A stretch of DNA of 64,000 bases from NCBI GenBank assembly GCA_002753515.1, contig PEAK01000001.1, forward strand, positions 110,138 to 174,137, in the 5' to 3' direction. A program made the translations under genes and the position numbers. Numbering within the stretch: the first letter of the stretch is position 1; the number at the start of each line of letters is the position of its first letter. Of this stretch, positions 26,941 to 35,817 are shown piece after piece. The notes below the pieces were generated by a model. That model was not told the origin of the DNA, did not search any database, and saw nothing but the letters and a program-made list of their open reading frames with translations. This DNA comes from Magnetococcales bacterium. Its GTDB lineage: Bacteria > Pseudomonadota > Magnetococcia > Magnetococcales > UBA8363.

Positions 26941-27336
26941 GTGAAGATTCTTCGGTTTGGTATGCCGCTGTTAATGGGCAAGGTGCGCCGTTACCTGATG
27001 GTTCGATTTCGCCCGGACACCATTGCCCGACGGACAGCAATGCGTCGGGGGGAATGCCATCGTTGCGCCATTTGTTGCCAGCTCCTTTACCGTTGTCCCA
27101 TGCTGTCCAAGGACAATCTGTGTTCGATTTATCATTCCGCATTGCGTCCAGCGGTGTGTCAGCATTTTCCCCTGGATGACCGGGATGTTCGTGATGTGGC
27201 GCGTCTGGGTGTTGGTTGTGGTTATGTGTTTCCGTGCCACGCCGAAGAACATGTTCCCAACAAGGAATTGGCCAACCTGACGCAGTGTCCGCAAACCAAC
27301 CCGGCATTGGTTGAACTTGAGCCCCGGTGTCCTTGA
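26941..27336 (+). CDS. YkgJ-family (CxxCxxCC) zinc/iron-chelating domain protein
   Basis: 131 aa with a GTG start. Cysteine cluster: CHRCAICCQLLYRCPML...NLCSIYHSALRPAVCQHFP. Confidence 0.7.
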   Translation: MKILRFGMPLLMGKVRRYLMVRFRPDTIARRTAMRRGECHRCAICCQLLYRCPMLSKDNLCSIYHSALRPAVCQHFPLDDRDVRDVARLGVGCGYVFPCHAEEHVPNKELANLTQCPQTNPALVELEPRCP

Positions 27337-27367
27337 TGACCAGTGCCCCGGCATCGTCAATTGACGA

Positions 27368-27898
27368 TCACTTCCCGTGCTGATGATGGTGGTGATGTAA
27401 AATGGCCCGATGAATCTCGTGGCGACCGATATCGATGGTCGCACACAAAATCAGCAGGCGCTCCCGGTACAGGAAAGACAACAGGACATGGAGAACTCTG
27501 CACCATGTTGTCCCCGATCGGGGGAGCGTTTGCCCGGGGCTCAGGACCAAAATAACGGCGGGCAGTAGCAAACCTATCCAGCCACGGGTAATTTCGACCC
27601 CGACAATGTCCTGCCATGGGACGGCATGCTCACTCAGACGAAAATCGGTGACCCCGCCATGGTTAATCCTGAGGATCATTTTGCATCCGGGGCGCAGGAG
27701 TCGCCGTACGGCGACAACAGCGCAGGCGATGCCGGGCAGGGTCAACAGCAGGGTCCATAACCCGCTGAAGCCAAAAAATGGTCCGGGAAAAAACGTCCAA
27801 ACGCCATAAACGATCGCAATACCTACAAGCAACAAAAAACCTATCCGGTTGTCATCCGATTGGGCCGTTACATTGGGTGGGGGGGTGGGGGTTGTCAT
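27368..27898 (-). CDS. Hypothetical membrane protein (2 N-terminal TM segments + small soluble domain, His-rich tail)
   Basis: Start trimmed to ATG 27898 (MTTPTPPP). TM segments: IGFLLLVGIAIVYGVWTFF and LWTLLLTLPGIACAVVAV. C-terminus: AILHHHHHQHGK. Confidence 0.45.
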   Translation of the reverse strand: MTTPTPPPNVTAQSDDNRIGFLLLVGIAIVYGVWTFFPGPFFGFSGLWTLLLTLPGIACAVVAVRRLLRPGCKMILRINHGGVTDFRLSEHAVPWQDIVGVEITRGWIGLLLPAVILVLSPGQTLPRSGTTWCRVLHVLLSFLYRERLLILCATIDIGRHEIHRAILHHHHHQHGK

Positions 27899-27934
27899 GG
27901 TTTCACCGTGGGCAAGGGCCAAATGACCCCGATA

Positions 27935-28945
27935 TCAGGATTCTCTTTTAAGATCACGTTCCATCAAGGCTGCTACCACCGACCGGGGTACTCGATGTTC
28001 ATAGAGGATTTGGTAAACAGCGGTGGAAATGGGCATGTCGATCGCATGTTTGCCAGCCAGTTGGTAGACGGCTTCGGCTGTTCGCACCCCTTCAGCCACT
28101 TCACCGGATCCGATCCGTATGGCTTCCAAGGATTGGCCCTGGCCCAGATAAAAACCAACCTTGCGATTGCGGGAATTTTCGGAAGTGGCGGTCAACAACA
28201 AATCTCCCAAACCTGACAGCCCCGCAAATGTCCCCGGTTCGGCTCCCAGACACTCCCCCAGGCGAATCATTTCCGCCAATCCCCGGGTGATCAAGGCGGC
28301 ACGGGCACTGTGACCAAAGCCAAGGCCATCGCTGATGCCCGCCGCCAGGGCAATGACGTTCTTCAAGGCACCACCCAGTTCCAGGCCAACCACATCATGG
28401 GTACGATAGATGCGGAAAAAAGAGTTGGAACAAAAATGTTGCAAGGATTGTACAAGGTCAGGACGATAACCCGCCAAGGCTACTGCTGTGGGCAATCCAG
28501 CCAAAACATCCCGCGCAAATGAGGGGCCGGATAAAAAACAGGTCCGGTCCAGGAAATCCTGGCCGAACACCTGCTGGTAGATGGTGGAAATCAGCGTCAA
28601 CGTGGCACCTTCGATCCCCTTGGAGGCGGAAATAGCAACACAATCGTCGCCAACGTGGGGTTTCAAGGATTGCAACACGGTGCGGGTGAATTGGGTGGGG
28701 ACTACGACGACAATCAGCTGACTGTCCGCAACATCCCGCATATGCGTTGTTGCCCGTATGTTGGCGGGCAAGGCATATTCGGAGACGAACAGGGGATTGC
28801 GGCGCTGTTGATTAATCCCTTGGGCGACCTGGGTTTCGTAACACCATAACGTTATGTTTTTGGCTTTTTCGGCCAGCAAAGCCGCCAGTGCTGTTCCCCA
28901 AGAACCGGCACCGATCACCGAAACATGCTGAAAATCCATGATCAC
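27935..28945 (-). CDS. gpsA: NAD(P)H-dependent glycerol-3-phosphate dehydrogenase
   Basis: 336 aa. VIGAGSWGTALA Rossmann motif, plus LKNVIALAAGISDGLGFG. Confidence 0.93.
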   Translation of the reverse strand: MIMDFQHVSVIGAGSWGTALAALLAEKAKNITLWCYETQVAQGINQQRRNPLFVSEYALPANIRATTHMRDVADSQLIVVVVPTQFTRTVLQSLKPHVGDDCVAISASKGIEGATLTLISTIYQQVFGQDFLDRTCFLSGPSFARDVLAGLPTAVALAGYRPDLVQSLQHFCSNSFFRIYRTHDVVGLELGGALKNVIALAAGISDGLGFGHSARAALITRGLAEMIRLGECLGAEPGTFAGLSGLGDLLLTATSENSRNRKVGFYLGQGQSLEAIRIGSGEVAEGVRTAEAVYQLAGKHAIDMPISTAVYQILYEHRVPRSVVAALMERDLKRES

Positions 28946-29007
28946 TACGTTCCTTAATAAGAATCAACCCCAATTGTTGAGCATTTTGTTATTCCATAGG
29001 ACCTTCC

Positions 29008-30060
29008 TCAGGAACAAAGGTCGATGATCGGCCAACGGGCGCGGGCATCCATTGTTTCCCAAGGGGGGAGTGTGGATGGTTCTTTCAAATGTACCCATCC
29101 CGCCAAGGCAATCATGGCGGCATTGTCAGTACACAGGGAAAGGGGCGGAAAATGCAGCATGATGTCCTCTTTCCCCAATTCGGCCAATCGTTCCCGCAAC
29201 CTTTGGTTGGCTCCCACACCTCCGGCCACCAACAAACGTTGGCAGCCGACATGGCGGCAGGCGGCAATGGCCTTCAAAGCCAGGGTGTCCACGATGGCCT
29301 CCTGATAGGAAGCGGCCACATCGGCCAGTGTTTGTCCGGGGGTTTGACCACCCCGATGGGGTTGGATGTGAATTTTAAGGGCAGTTTTCAAGCCGGAAAA
29401 GGAAAAGTCAAATTTTTTTTTGTCGAGTAATATTCTGGGGAAGGCGATCCGATGGCGATCCCCCCCCCGTGCGGCGTGTTCAATGGCTGGTCCCCCTGGA
29501 TATCCAAGGCCCAACAGCCTGGCTCCTTTATCGAAGGCTTCGCCAACGGCATCATCACGGGTTTGCCCCAAAAAAACATAATTCTGTAATCCACGGACGT
29601 GGAGCAGAATCGTATGTCCCCCCGACACCAGGAGGGCGACAAACGGAAAATCCAGGGGGGTGGCGGCAGTTCCGGCCAGAAAGGGGCTCAGCAAGTGACC
29701 TTCCATGTGGTGTACCCCCACCAGGGGGACGCGTGCCGCCAGGGCGATCCCTTTGGCGACTGCCAGTCCCACCAAAAGGCCACCAACCAGTCCAGGTCCT
29801 TGGGTGACTGCGACACCATCCAGATTTTTTGGTTCCAATGCGGCTTTCTGGAAGGCTTCTGTCAGGACGGAGCCAATATGGCGAATGTGTGATCGGCTGG
29901 CCAACTCCGGGACCACGCCACCATATTGGGCATGTTCCGCCAATTGGCTGACAACCACATTGGCCAATACCTTGGCCGCACCGGGATCGTCACCATCAAC
30001 CATCTCGATAACGGCTGCTGCCGTTTCGTCGCAACTGGATTCCACTCCTAAAATAATCAT
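29008..30060 (-). CDS. tsaD: tRNA N6-adenosine threonylcarbamoyltransferase
   Basis: 350 aa. MIILGVESSCDETAAAV, VHHMEGHL and LLVSGGHT are the Kae1/TsaD signatures. Confidence 0.94.
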   Translation of the reverse strand: MIILGVESSCDETAAAVIEMVDGDDPGAAKVLANVVVSQLAEHAQYGGVVPELASRSHIRHIGSVLTEAFQKAALEPKNLDGVAVTQGPGLVGGLLVGLAVAKGIALAARVPLVGVHHMEGHLLSPFLAGTAATPLDFPFVALLVSGGHTILLHVRGLQNYVFLGQTRDDAVGEAFDKGARLLGLGYPGGPAIEHAARGGDRHRIAFPRILLDKKKFDFSFSGLKTALKIHIQPHRGGQTPGQTLADVAASYQEAIVDTLALKAIAACRHVGCQRLLVAGGVGANQRLRERLAELGKEDIMLHFPPLSLCTDNAAMIALAGWVHLKEPSTLPPWETMDARARWPIIDLCS

Positions 30061-30453
30061 CCCACGATCCTAAATAGATTTTCACAGCTTGTAAATTGTC
30101 GTCCGACAGTCGCGTAGAGGAATTGCATTTGGATTTTGTTAATTACTTCATAACAGCGTGCATCTACCAAATCTGGTAAAGATAGGCAGCGTACTGTACA
30201 ATCGACTGCGGTCGGGGGTGTTCTCAAAATGTCCAACCGAGATGTGGTTCGATTCAGGGCTCGATCCCTGACCAGAAAACTGTCTTCGGAATTCCGATCC
30301 GACTACACCTTGAAATCGACGGGCTCATCCGCTCCTGTTATCGAGGGGCAGCGTAGCTGTTTTCCAAAGGTTGATCAAAGTGTTAAGATCTCACAAAATA
30401 TAGCCTGGAACTTGCTCGCCTATACGTGATAGCCCTAAGAAGGAATTCACTAT

Positions 30454-31638
30454 ATGGATTTTCTGAAAAATTTCATTCGATTGGAATCCGCTGGCGGCAT
30501 CGTACTGGTCATTGCGGCCGCCTTGGCCCTTGTTGTGGTCAATTCACCTCTGGAACCGTTCTACGCCGTCTTGCTCGACACGCCCGTGGCGGTTCAGGTC
30601 GGTGGTCTGGTTGTGGCCAAACCCCTTCTTTTGTGGATTAATGACGGCCTGATGGCGGTCTTTTTTCTGCTGGTGGGCCTGGAGATCAAACGGGAAATTC
30701 TTGAGGGGCACCTCTCCACCCCCTCGCAGATCGCGCTGCCGGCACTGGGGGCTCTGGGGGGTATGTCGGTTCCGGCGTTGATCTATATGCTCGTGAATTA
30801 CGGTGATGAACAGGCCCTCAATGGTTGGGCCATTCCTACCGCCACGGACATTGCATTCTCTTTGGGTATCCTTTCTCTCCTGGGCACCCGGGTACCCACG
30901 AGCATGAAGATTTTTCTGATGACCTTGGCGGTGTTGGACGACCTTGCGGGCATTGTCATCATCGCCCTGTTCTACAGTGCCGATGTCTCCACCATGGCCC
31001 TGTCTCTGGCCGGTGCGGGGATCATTGCCCTGGTCATTCTCAATCTTCGCAAGGTGACCAGCATTGCCGCCTATGGCGTGGTTGGTCTTTTCCTGTGGAT
31101 TTGCGTACTCAAATCTGGCGTGCATGCTACCTTGGCCGGCGTGGTGGTGGCCCTGGTGATTCCCTTGCGGGTCAAAATGGACGAGGGCAAACCGCCACTC
31201 AAGCAACTGGAACACGATCTGCATGGCGTGGTGGCCTTCGGCGTGTTGCCGGTATTCGCCTTTGCCAACGCCGGCGTGCCGCTCGGCGGGCTGAAACTGG
31301 ACGACTTTTTCACCCCCATTCCCCTGGGCATCGCCCTGGGCCTGTTCGTCGGTAAACAGATCGGTGTATTCAGTTTCGTTTGGAGTGCCGTCAAGTTGGG
31401 GCTGGCGAAACTGCCGGAAGGCATGACCTGGGGACGACTCTATGGCATCACCATGCTGTGTGGCGTTGGTTTCACCATGAGCCTGTTCATTGGCTCCTTG
31501 GCATTCGAGCATGCCAGAGTTGCCGGAGGTAGCGTGGTCATGACCCATCGCCTGGGCATTCTGGTCGGCTCCCTGATCTCGGCATTGTGCGGTTATTTCC
31601 TGCTGCGCGGCCTGTTGAAGGACGAATCCTCCTCTTGA
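30454..31638 (+). CDS. nhaA: Na+/H+ antiporter NhaA
   Basis: 394 aa. FIRLESAGGIVLVIAAALAL, WINDGLMAVFFLLVGLEIKRE and LAVLDDLGAI-type (LAVLDDLAGIVIIALFY) motifs. Confidence 0.94.
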   Translation: MDFLKNFIRLESAGGIVLVIAAALALVVVNSPLEPFYAVLLDTPVAVQVGGLVVAKPLLLWINDGLMAVFFLLVGLEIKREILEGHLSTPSQIALPALGALGGMSVPALIYMLVNYGDEQALNGWAIPTATDIAFSLGILSLLGTRVPTSMKIFLMTLAVLDDLAGIVIIALFYSADVSTMALSLAGAGIIALVILNLRKVTSIAAYGVVGLFLWICVLKSGVHATLAGVVVALVIPLRVKMDEGKPPLKQLEHDLHGVVAFGVLPVFAFANAGVPLGGLKLDDFFTPIPLGIALGLFVGKQIGVFSFVWSAVKLGLAKLPEGMTWGRLYGITMLCGVGFTMSLFIGSLAFEHARVAGGSVVMTHRLGILVGSLISALCGYFLLRGLLKDESSS

Positions 31639-31753
31639 GCATCCCCACTTCAGCCAGTATCCTTGGACATGGGGTTGTGTTGATCAACGCGTGCCCATCC
31701 TATAGTCTGCTTACCAAGAATGACGGAAAAATAGTTGCCGGAGGTGATCGATC

Positions 31754-32692
31754 ATGGCCGTGGGAAAAATAAAAATAGGTACCCGATCCAGTCCCCTGGC
31801 CATGTGGCAAGCCCATCTGGTGCAGTCCAAAATGCAATCCCTTCATCCCGGCCTGCATGTCGAACTGGTTCCCATGAAAACCCGGGGCGATCACATCCTC
31901 GATGTCCCGCTGGCCAAGGTGGGCGGTAAAGGATTGTTCGTCAAGGAATTGGAAGACGCCTTGCTGGATGGCCGTTGTGACCTGGCGGTTCATTCCATGA
32001 AGGATGTTCCGGCGGAATTTCCGAACGGATTGATGTTGGGTCCCGTGTTATGCCGGGAAGATCCGCGTGATGCGTTGTTGTCCTTGTCATGGCCCGGTTT
32101 CAGTGCTTTACCCATCGGGGCCAGGGTGGGTTCGTCATCTCTCAGGCGTCAGAGCCAATTGTTGGCCTTGCGCCCCGATTTGCATGTCATTCCCCTGCGT
32201 GGCAACGTGAACACCCGTATTAATAAATTGATCGATGGCTATTTTGATGCCATCGTCCTGGCTGCTGCGGGTGTCAAACGGCTCGGGGTGACCCAGCATG
32301 TCGTCGAATATTTCGATTTCGTGCGGATGCTTCCGGCCAACGGACAAGGGGCCATCGGTATTGAACTGCGCTCGGACGATCTGGAAACATCCGCTTTGTT
32401 GCAACCTCTCGACGATCTCGCGACCCGGCAGTGCGTCCGTGCCGAACGGGCTTTTTTGGGTACCCTGCAAGGGGGGTGTCAGACACCTATCGCCGGCCAT
32501 GCGGTGCTGGACGGCGACCATCTGAAACTGGAGGGTCGGGTATTATCCCTGGATGGTCAAACCTGTTTTGCCGGCAGCATCGCAGGTCTGCTGCACGAAG
32601 CGGAAAGTTTGGGGGAACAATTGGCCAAACGTCTCCTGGATGCCGGGGCTGCGCAACTGTTACATGATTTACTGTTGCAGGCGCATGGGTGA
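31754..32692 (+). CDS. hemC: Hydroxymethylbilane synthase (porphobilinogen deaminase)
   Basis: 312 aa. KIGTRSSPLAMWQA, GGKGLFVKELE, and the C-terminal cofactor cysteine context (GGCQTPIAGHA). Confidence 0.94.
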   Translation: MAVGKIKIGTRSSPLAMWQAHLVQSKMQSLHPGLHVELVPMKTRGDHILDVPLAKVGGKGLFVKELEDALLDGRCDLAVHSMKDVPAEFPNGLMLGPVLCREDPRDALLSLSWPGFSALPIGARVGSSSLRRQSQLLALRPDLHVIPLRGNVNTRINKLIDGYFDAIVLAAAGVKRLGVTQHVVEYFDFVRMLPANGQGAIGIELRSDDLETSALLQPLDDLATRQCVRAERAFLGTLQGGCQTPIAGHAVLDGDHLKLEGRVLSLDGQTCFAGSIAGLLHEAESLGEQLAKRLLDAGAAQLLHDLLLQAHG

Positions 32693-33494
32693 TGATGGGC
32701 GGATCGGTATGGGAGATGTGAGCGATTTGTCCGGCCTTGATGGCAAGCGGGTGCTGATCACCCGTCCCCTTCCAGAGGGTGAAACCACGGCCCGCCTGAT
32801 ACAACAACATGGTGGCGTGGTCCAACTGACTCCGGTGATGCGGGTTGCGCCTCCCGATGATCCCCAGCCGTTTTTCACGGGGCTTGCCAATCTTGGGCAC
32901 TACCAGGGGATTGTTTTCACCAGTGCCCATGGCGCACGTGCCTTTCTCGAGCATGTCCCAACACCTTGTCAGATCGCGAAAATATACGCTGTGGGGGAAA
33001 AAACGGCTGTTCCACTGCTTCATGCCGGGTTGACCCCTGCCATTCCCGATCATCCTGTGGGGAGCTTGGAGTTGGCCCAGGATATTCTCCAGGGGAGTGT
33101 TCCGGGTGACCGGTTTTTGTTTGTCCGTGCCCAGGAGGGGCGGGACGATCTCATAACAATTCTTGTCAGGGAGGGGTGCCTGGTTGACAGGGTCGCGGCT
33201 TATAAAATGGCTCCGATCCCATTCCTCGACCAGCAAACCCTCGATCTTTTGCTCGAAGGGCGCATCGATGCCATCCCATTTTTCAGCGGTCGCTCGGCCC
33301 AGGTGTTTTTTAACCTGCTGCCAGCAGACCAAAGAGAATCCCTATTGAAAAAAACCGTGCTGGCGGCTCTTTCCCCTGCGACTGCCCGGGCCATGCAGTC
33401 CGTGGGAATGCGCGTCGATGTGATCAGCCCACGACCTCACGTCGAAGCTATGCTGGTTTCCCTGGCGCAAACCTTGGCAGCTTTAACCGGTTAA
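32685..33494 (+). CDS. hemD: Uroporphyrinogen-III synthase
   Basis: ATG 32685 overlaps the hemC end. GKRVLITRPLPEGETTARLI is a HemD-type opening. hemC-hemD synteny supports the call. An alternative start is at 32709. Confidence 0.78.
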   Translation: MGDDGRIGMGDVSDLSGLDGKRVLITRPLPEGETTARLIQQHGGVVQLTPVMRVAPPDDPQPFFTGLANLGHYQGIVFTSAHGARAFLEHVPTPCQIAKIYAVGEKTAVPLLHAGLTPAIPDHPVGSLELAQDILQGSVPGDRFLFVRAQEGRDDLITILVREGCLVDRVAAYKMAPIPFLDQQTLDLLLEGRIDAIPFFSGRSAQVFFNLLPADQRESLLKKTVLAALSPATARAMQSVGMRVDVISPRPHVEAMLVSLAQTLAALTG

Positions 33495-33530
33495 AAAGCT
33501 TTTTTGTTGAATTTCTATTGACTCTTCCCC

Positions 33531-33950
33531 ATGAAACCACAAAAATCCCTATTGAGGCGGGGTCCGGTTGCAACTCCATCGGTGCTGCGGGCTGTTCCAT
33601 CGAATTGTGTCGATTTGTCCTGTTATTTTTCGGAGCCTACTGTGGACGCAAAGGCCAAGCTTGTCATCAAAGTGGACAGGGATCTTGAGGATATTGCTCC
33701 AGGATATCTTGAGAACAGGCGGAAAGATGCGGAAATGATTTCCGTAGCCCTGGAGCGTAGCGATTTTGAGGCGCTTAAAATGATTGGTCACCGCATGAAG
33801 GGATCGGGGGCCGGTTATGGGTTTCAGCGTATTACGGACATTGGTACCCAACTTGAACAGGCCGCTACCCTCCAGAACCGGCAGACCGCCCGCGACAGTT
33901 TGGATCAACTTGTCGATTATCTTGACGCAATCGAAGTAGTTTACGTATGA
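33531..33950 (+). CDS. Hpt (histidine phosphotransfer) domain protein
   Basis: FEALKMIGHRMKGSGAGYGF is the HxxKG Hpt signature. An alternative start, GTG 33642, is preceded by GGAG, would give 102 aa, and may be the real one. Confidence 0.62.
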   Translation: MKPQKSLLRRGPVATPSVLRAVPSNCVDLSCYFSEPTVDAKAKLVIKVDRDLEDIAPGYLENRRKDAEMISVALERSDFEALKMIGHRMKGSGAGYGFQRITDIGTQLEQAATLQNRQTARDSLDQLVDYLDAIEVVYV

Positions 33951-33992
33951 TGTGCGTTACTTGCTTGATGTTTCCGTTGTCCTTGAGGTGCC

Positions 33993-34727
33993 ATGACAAC
34001 CAGTGATCATATCCTTGTCATCGACGACGACCCGGAAATCTGTCAGCTTGTTAACGATTTTTTCCAGAAAAATGGCTTTCAGGTTACGTCGATCCCCAGC
34101 AGCAAGGGTTTGCAGGACGCCCTTGATCGTCAGAAGGTTGATCTCATCGTTCTTGATCTGATGCTTCCTGATGAGGACGGGCTCGTCGTTTGCCGTAACC
34201 TGCGTTCCCGCTCCAATATTCCCGTTATTATCCTGAGTGCCCGCGGTGAGGAGATGGATCGTATTATCGGTCTGGAGATGGGAGCGGATGATTATCTCCC
34301 CAAACCATTCCATCCCCGGGAGCTTTTGGCGCGGGTGAAAAGTGTCCTCAGGCGTACCAGGGCCGCACCCGAAGAGGTTGATGAGGATGATTCCCACGCC
34401 TTCTACCGTTTTGCCGGATGGACCCTCGATGTGGCAACGCGACAGCTCTATACCTCACGCAACGAAAAAATTTTTCTCAGTGGTGGTGAGTTCTCCTTGT
34501 TGCGTGTGTTTCTCAATCATCCCAACAGGGTCTTGACGCGAGACCAGCTATTGGCTTTTTCCCACGGTCGTGAGATTGAGCCTTACGACCGGACTATCGA
34601 CATGCAAATCAGTCGGTTACGCCGTCGGCTCAACGATGATCCCAAAAGCCCTGAATTAATTAAGACCGTGCGTAGCCTCGGATACGTATTCTCCGCCCGT
34701 GTCGAAAGAACCGATTCCAAATCCTGA
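33993..34727 (+). CDS. OmpR-family DNA-binding response regulator
   Basis: 244 aa. ILVIDDDPEI...DLIVLDLMLPDEDGL...YLPKPF receiver plus a winged-helix C-terminus (LTRDQLL...DRTIDMQISRLRRRL...IKTVRSLGYVF). Confidence 0.9.
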   Translation: MTTSDHILVIDDDPEICQLVNDFFQKNGFQVTSIPSSKGLQDALDRQKVDLIVLDLMLPDEDGLVVCRNLRSRSNIPVIILSARGEEMDRIIGLEMGADDYLPKPFHPRELLARVKSVLRRTRAAPEEVDEDDSHAFYRFAGWTLDVATRQLYTSRNEKIFLSGGEFSLLRVFLNHPNRVLTRDQLLAFSHGREIEPYDRTIDMQISRLRRRLNDDPKSPELIKTVRSLGYVFSARVERTDSKS

Positions 34728-34750
34728 TCCAGGCCAAGGAGCCAATTGCC

Positions 34751-35245
34751 ATGGTTATGTCCCGATTTGATCACAGCGAAGGGGAGACGGCGGCCTTTGT
34801 TACGGGCACATTCCTGGACCTGAAAGAATTTGATAGCATGGCTGAGAACGAAAAGGAGTCAGCCCGCGTTTTCATCAAGGAGACCGTTCACTCGCAGCTT
34901 TCCTGTGTTCGTCGTGGCATGTGGGAGCAACTGCAAGAATGGATTCCCGCACCTCTGCGTCGCATGGCGCAACGTCACATTCACCCCGTTGTCCCCGGTG
35001 TTTCCCACCAGGAATCTCCCTTGCCCGAAACGATTCGACATGAATTCGAGGTGCTTAACGAACTGGCGTGGCTATTAACCTGGAAACACAAGCGTGTCTC
35101 GTCGGACGTCTCGGAGGAAGAACGCCACATGACGGAAAAATTGGATGTCGAAAGGGTCCGCCGGATCAAGGAGACGATTTTCCCCTATTTGGAGGAGAAA
35201 ATGGCTCGTCTGGAAAAGGCGTCAACTCCCGGTGCGTCAACGTGA
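34751..35245 (+). CDS. Hypothetical soluble protein
   Basis: 164 aa. AAGGAG lies 9 nt upstream of ATG 34751, which is 23 nt after the OmpR-type gene. No TM segment or recognisable domain. Confidence 0.45.
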   Translation: MVMSRFDHSEGETAAFVTGTFLDLKEFDSMAENEKESARVFIKETVHSQLSCVRRGMWEQLQEWIPAPLRRMAQRHIHPVVPGVSHQESPLPETIRHEFEVLNELAWLLTWKHKRVSSDVSEEERHMTEKLDVERVRRIKETIFPYLEEKMARLEKASTPGAST

Positions 35246-35247
35246 TT

Positions 35248-35685
35248 TCATAGGTCCAACCACAGGGTGACGGGTCCGTCATTAATTAAATGTACCTGCA
35301 TGTCGGCACCAAAACGTCCTTCGGCAACCGTGAGTTTTTTTTGTCGCAATCCTTCACAAAAGGCGTTTACGGACGCTTCAGCTATGGACGGGGCGGCGGC
35401 GGCAAAAAACGATGGTCGGTTGCCTTTATGTAACTGCGCGGCCAATGTGAATTGCGATACGACCAGCACTGCTTTGCCCGTTTCCTGGACCGAACGGTTC
35501 ATTTTCCCTTCTGCGTCTGGGAAAATCCGTAAATCTGCAACCTTGTTGACCATTTTTCTGAGTTGTTCCTGAGTATCGTCTTGCATGATGGCCAAAAAGA
35601 CCAGGAGACCCTGGCCAATGCGTCCGGTCTCTTCGCCATCAATGTTGACCCATGCCTGTGTAACGCGTTGCACCAAAGCTCGCAT
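35248..35685 (-). CDS. dtd: D-aminoacyl-tRNA deacylase
   Basis: 145 aa. MRALVQRV..., SQFTLAA, and a NDGPVT C-terminal motif. Confidence 0.92.
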   Translation of the reverse strand: MRALVQRVTQAWVNIDGEETGRIGQGLLVFLAIMQDDTQEQLRKMVNKVADLRIFPDAEGKMNRSVQETGKAVLVVSQFTLAAQLHKGNRPSFFAAAAPSIAEASVNAFCEGLRQKKLTVAEGRFGADMQVHLINDGPVTLWLDL

Positions 35686-35817
35686 CCAAGCCCCTCCTTT
35701 ATGCAGTCGATGGCGGTGTGATTGACGACTGATATGTTATTATTGGTTCAATAATTGCAAAGACGCCTCCGTTTGGTGTAATCGTCATTGACCCAGTCCT
35801 GTCCTGAGAATTTTCCC

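Noticed and set aside
29413-29468. T9 and C9 homopolymers inside tsaD, considered as phase-variation tracts.
   Set aside because: tsaD is essential and the runs encode ordinary KKK / GGG residues. They mainly show that long homopolymers are tolerated in this genome, which tempers the G10 finding at 12200.
30236-30275. A T-loop-like string GTGGTTCGATTCAGGG, considered as a possible tRNA or tmRNA fragment upstream of nhaA.
   Set aside because: There is no complementary T-stem, no acceptor stem and no CCA context. The adjacent hairpin has a 6-nt loop. It cannot be folded into a cloverleaf or a tmRNA tRNA-like domain.
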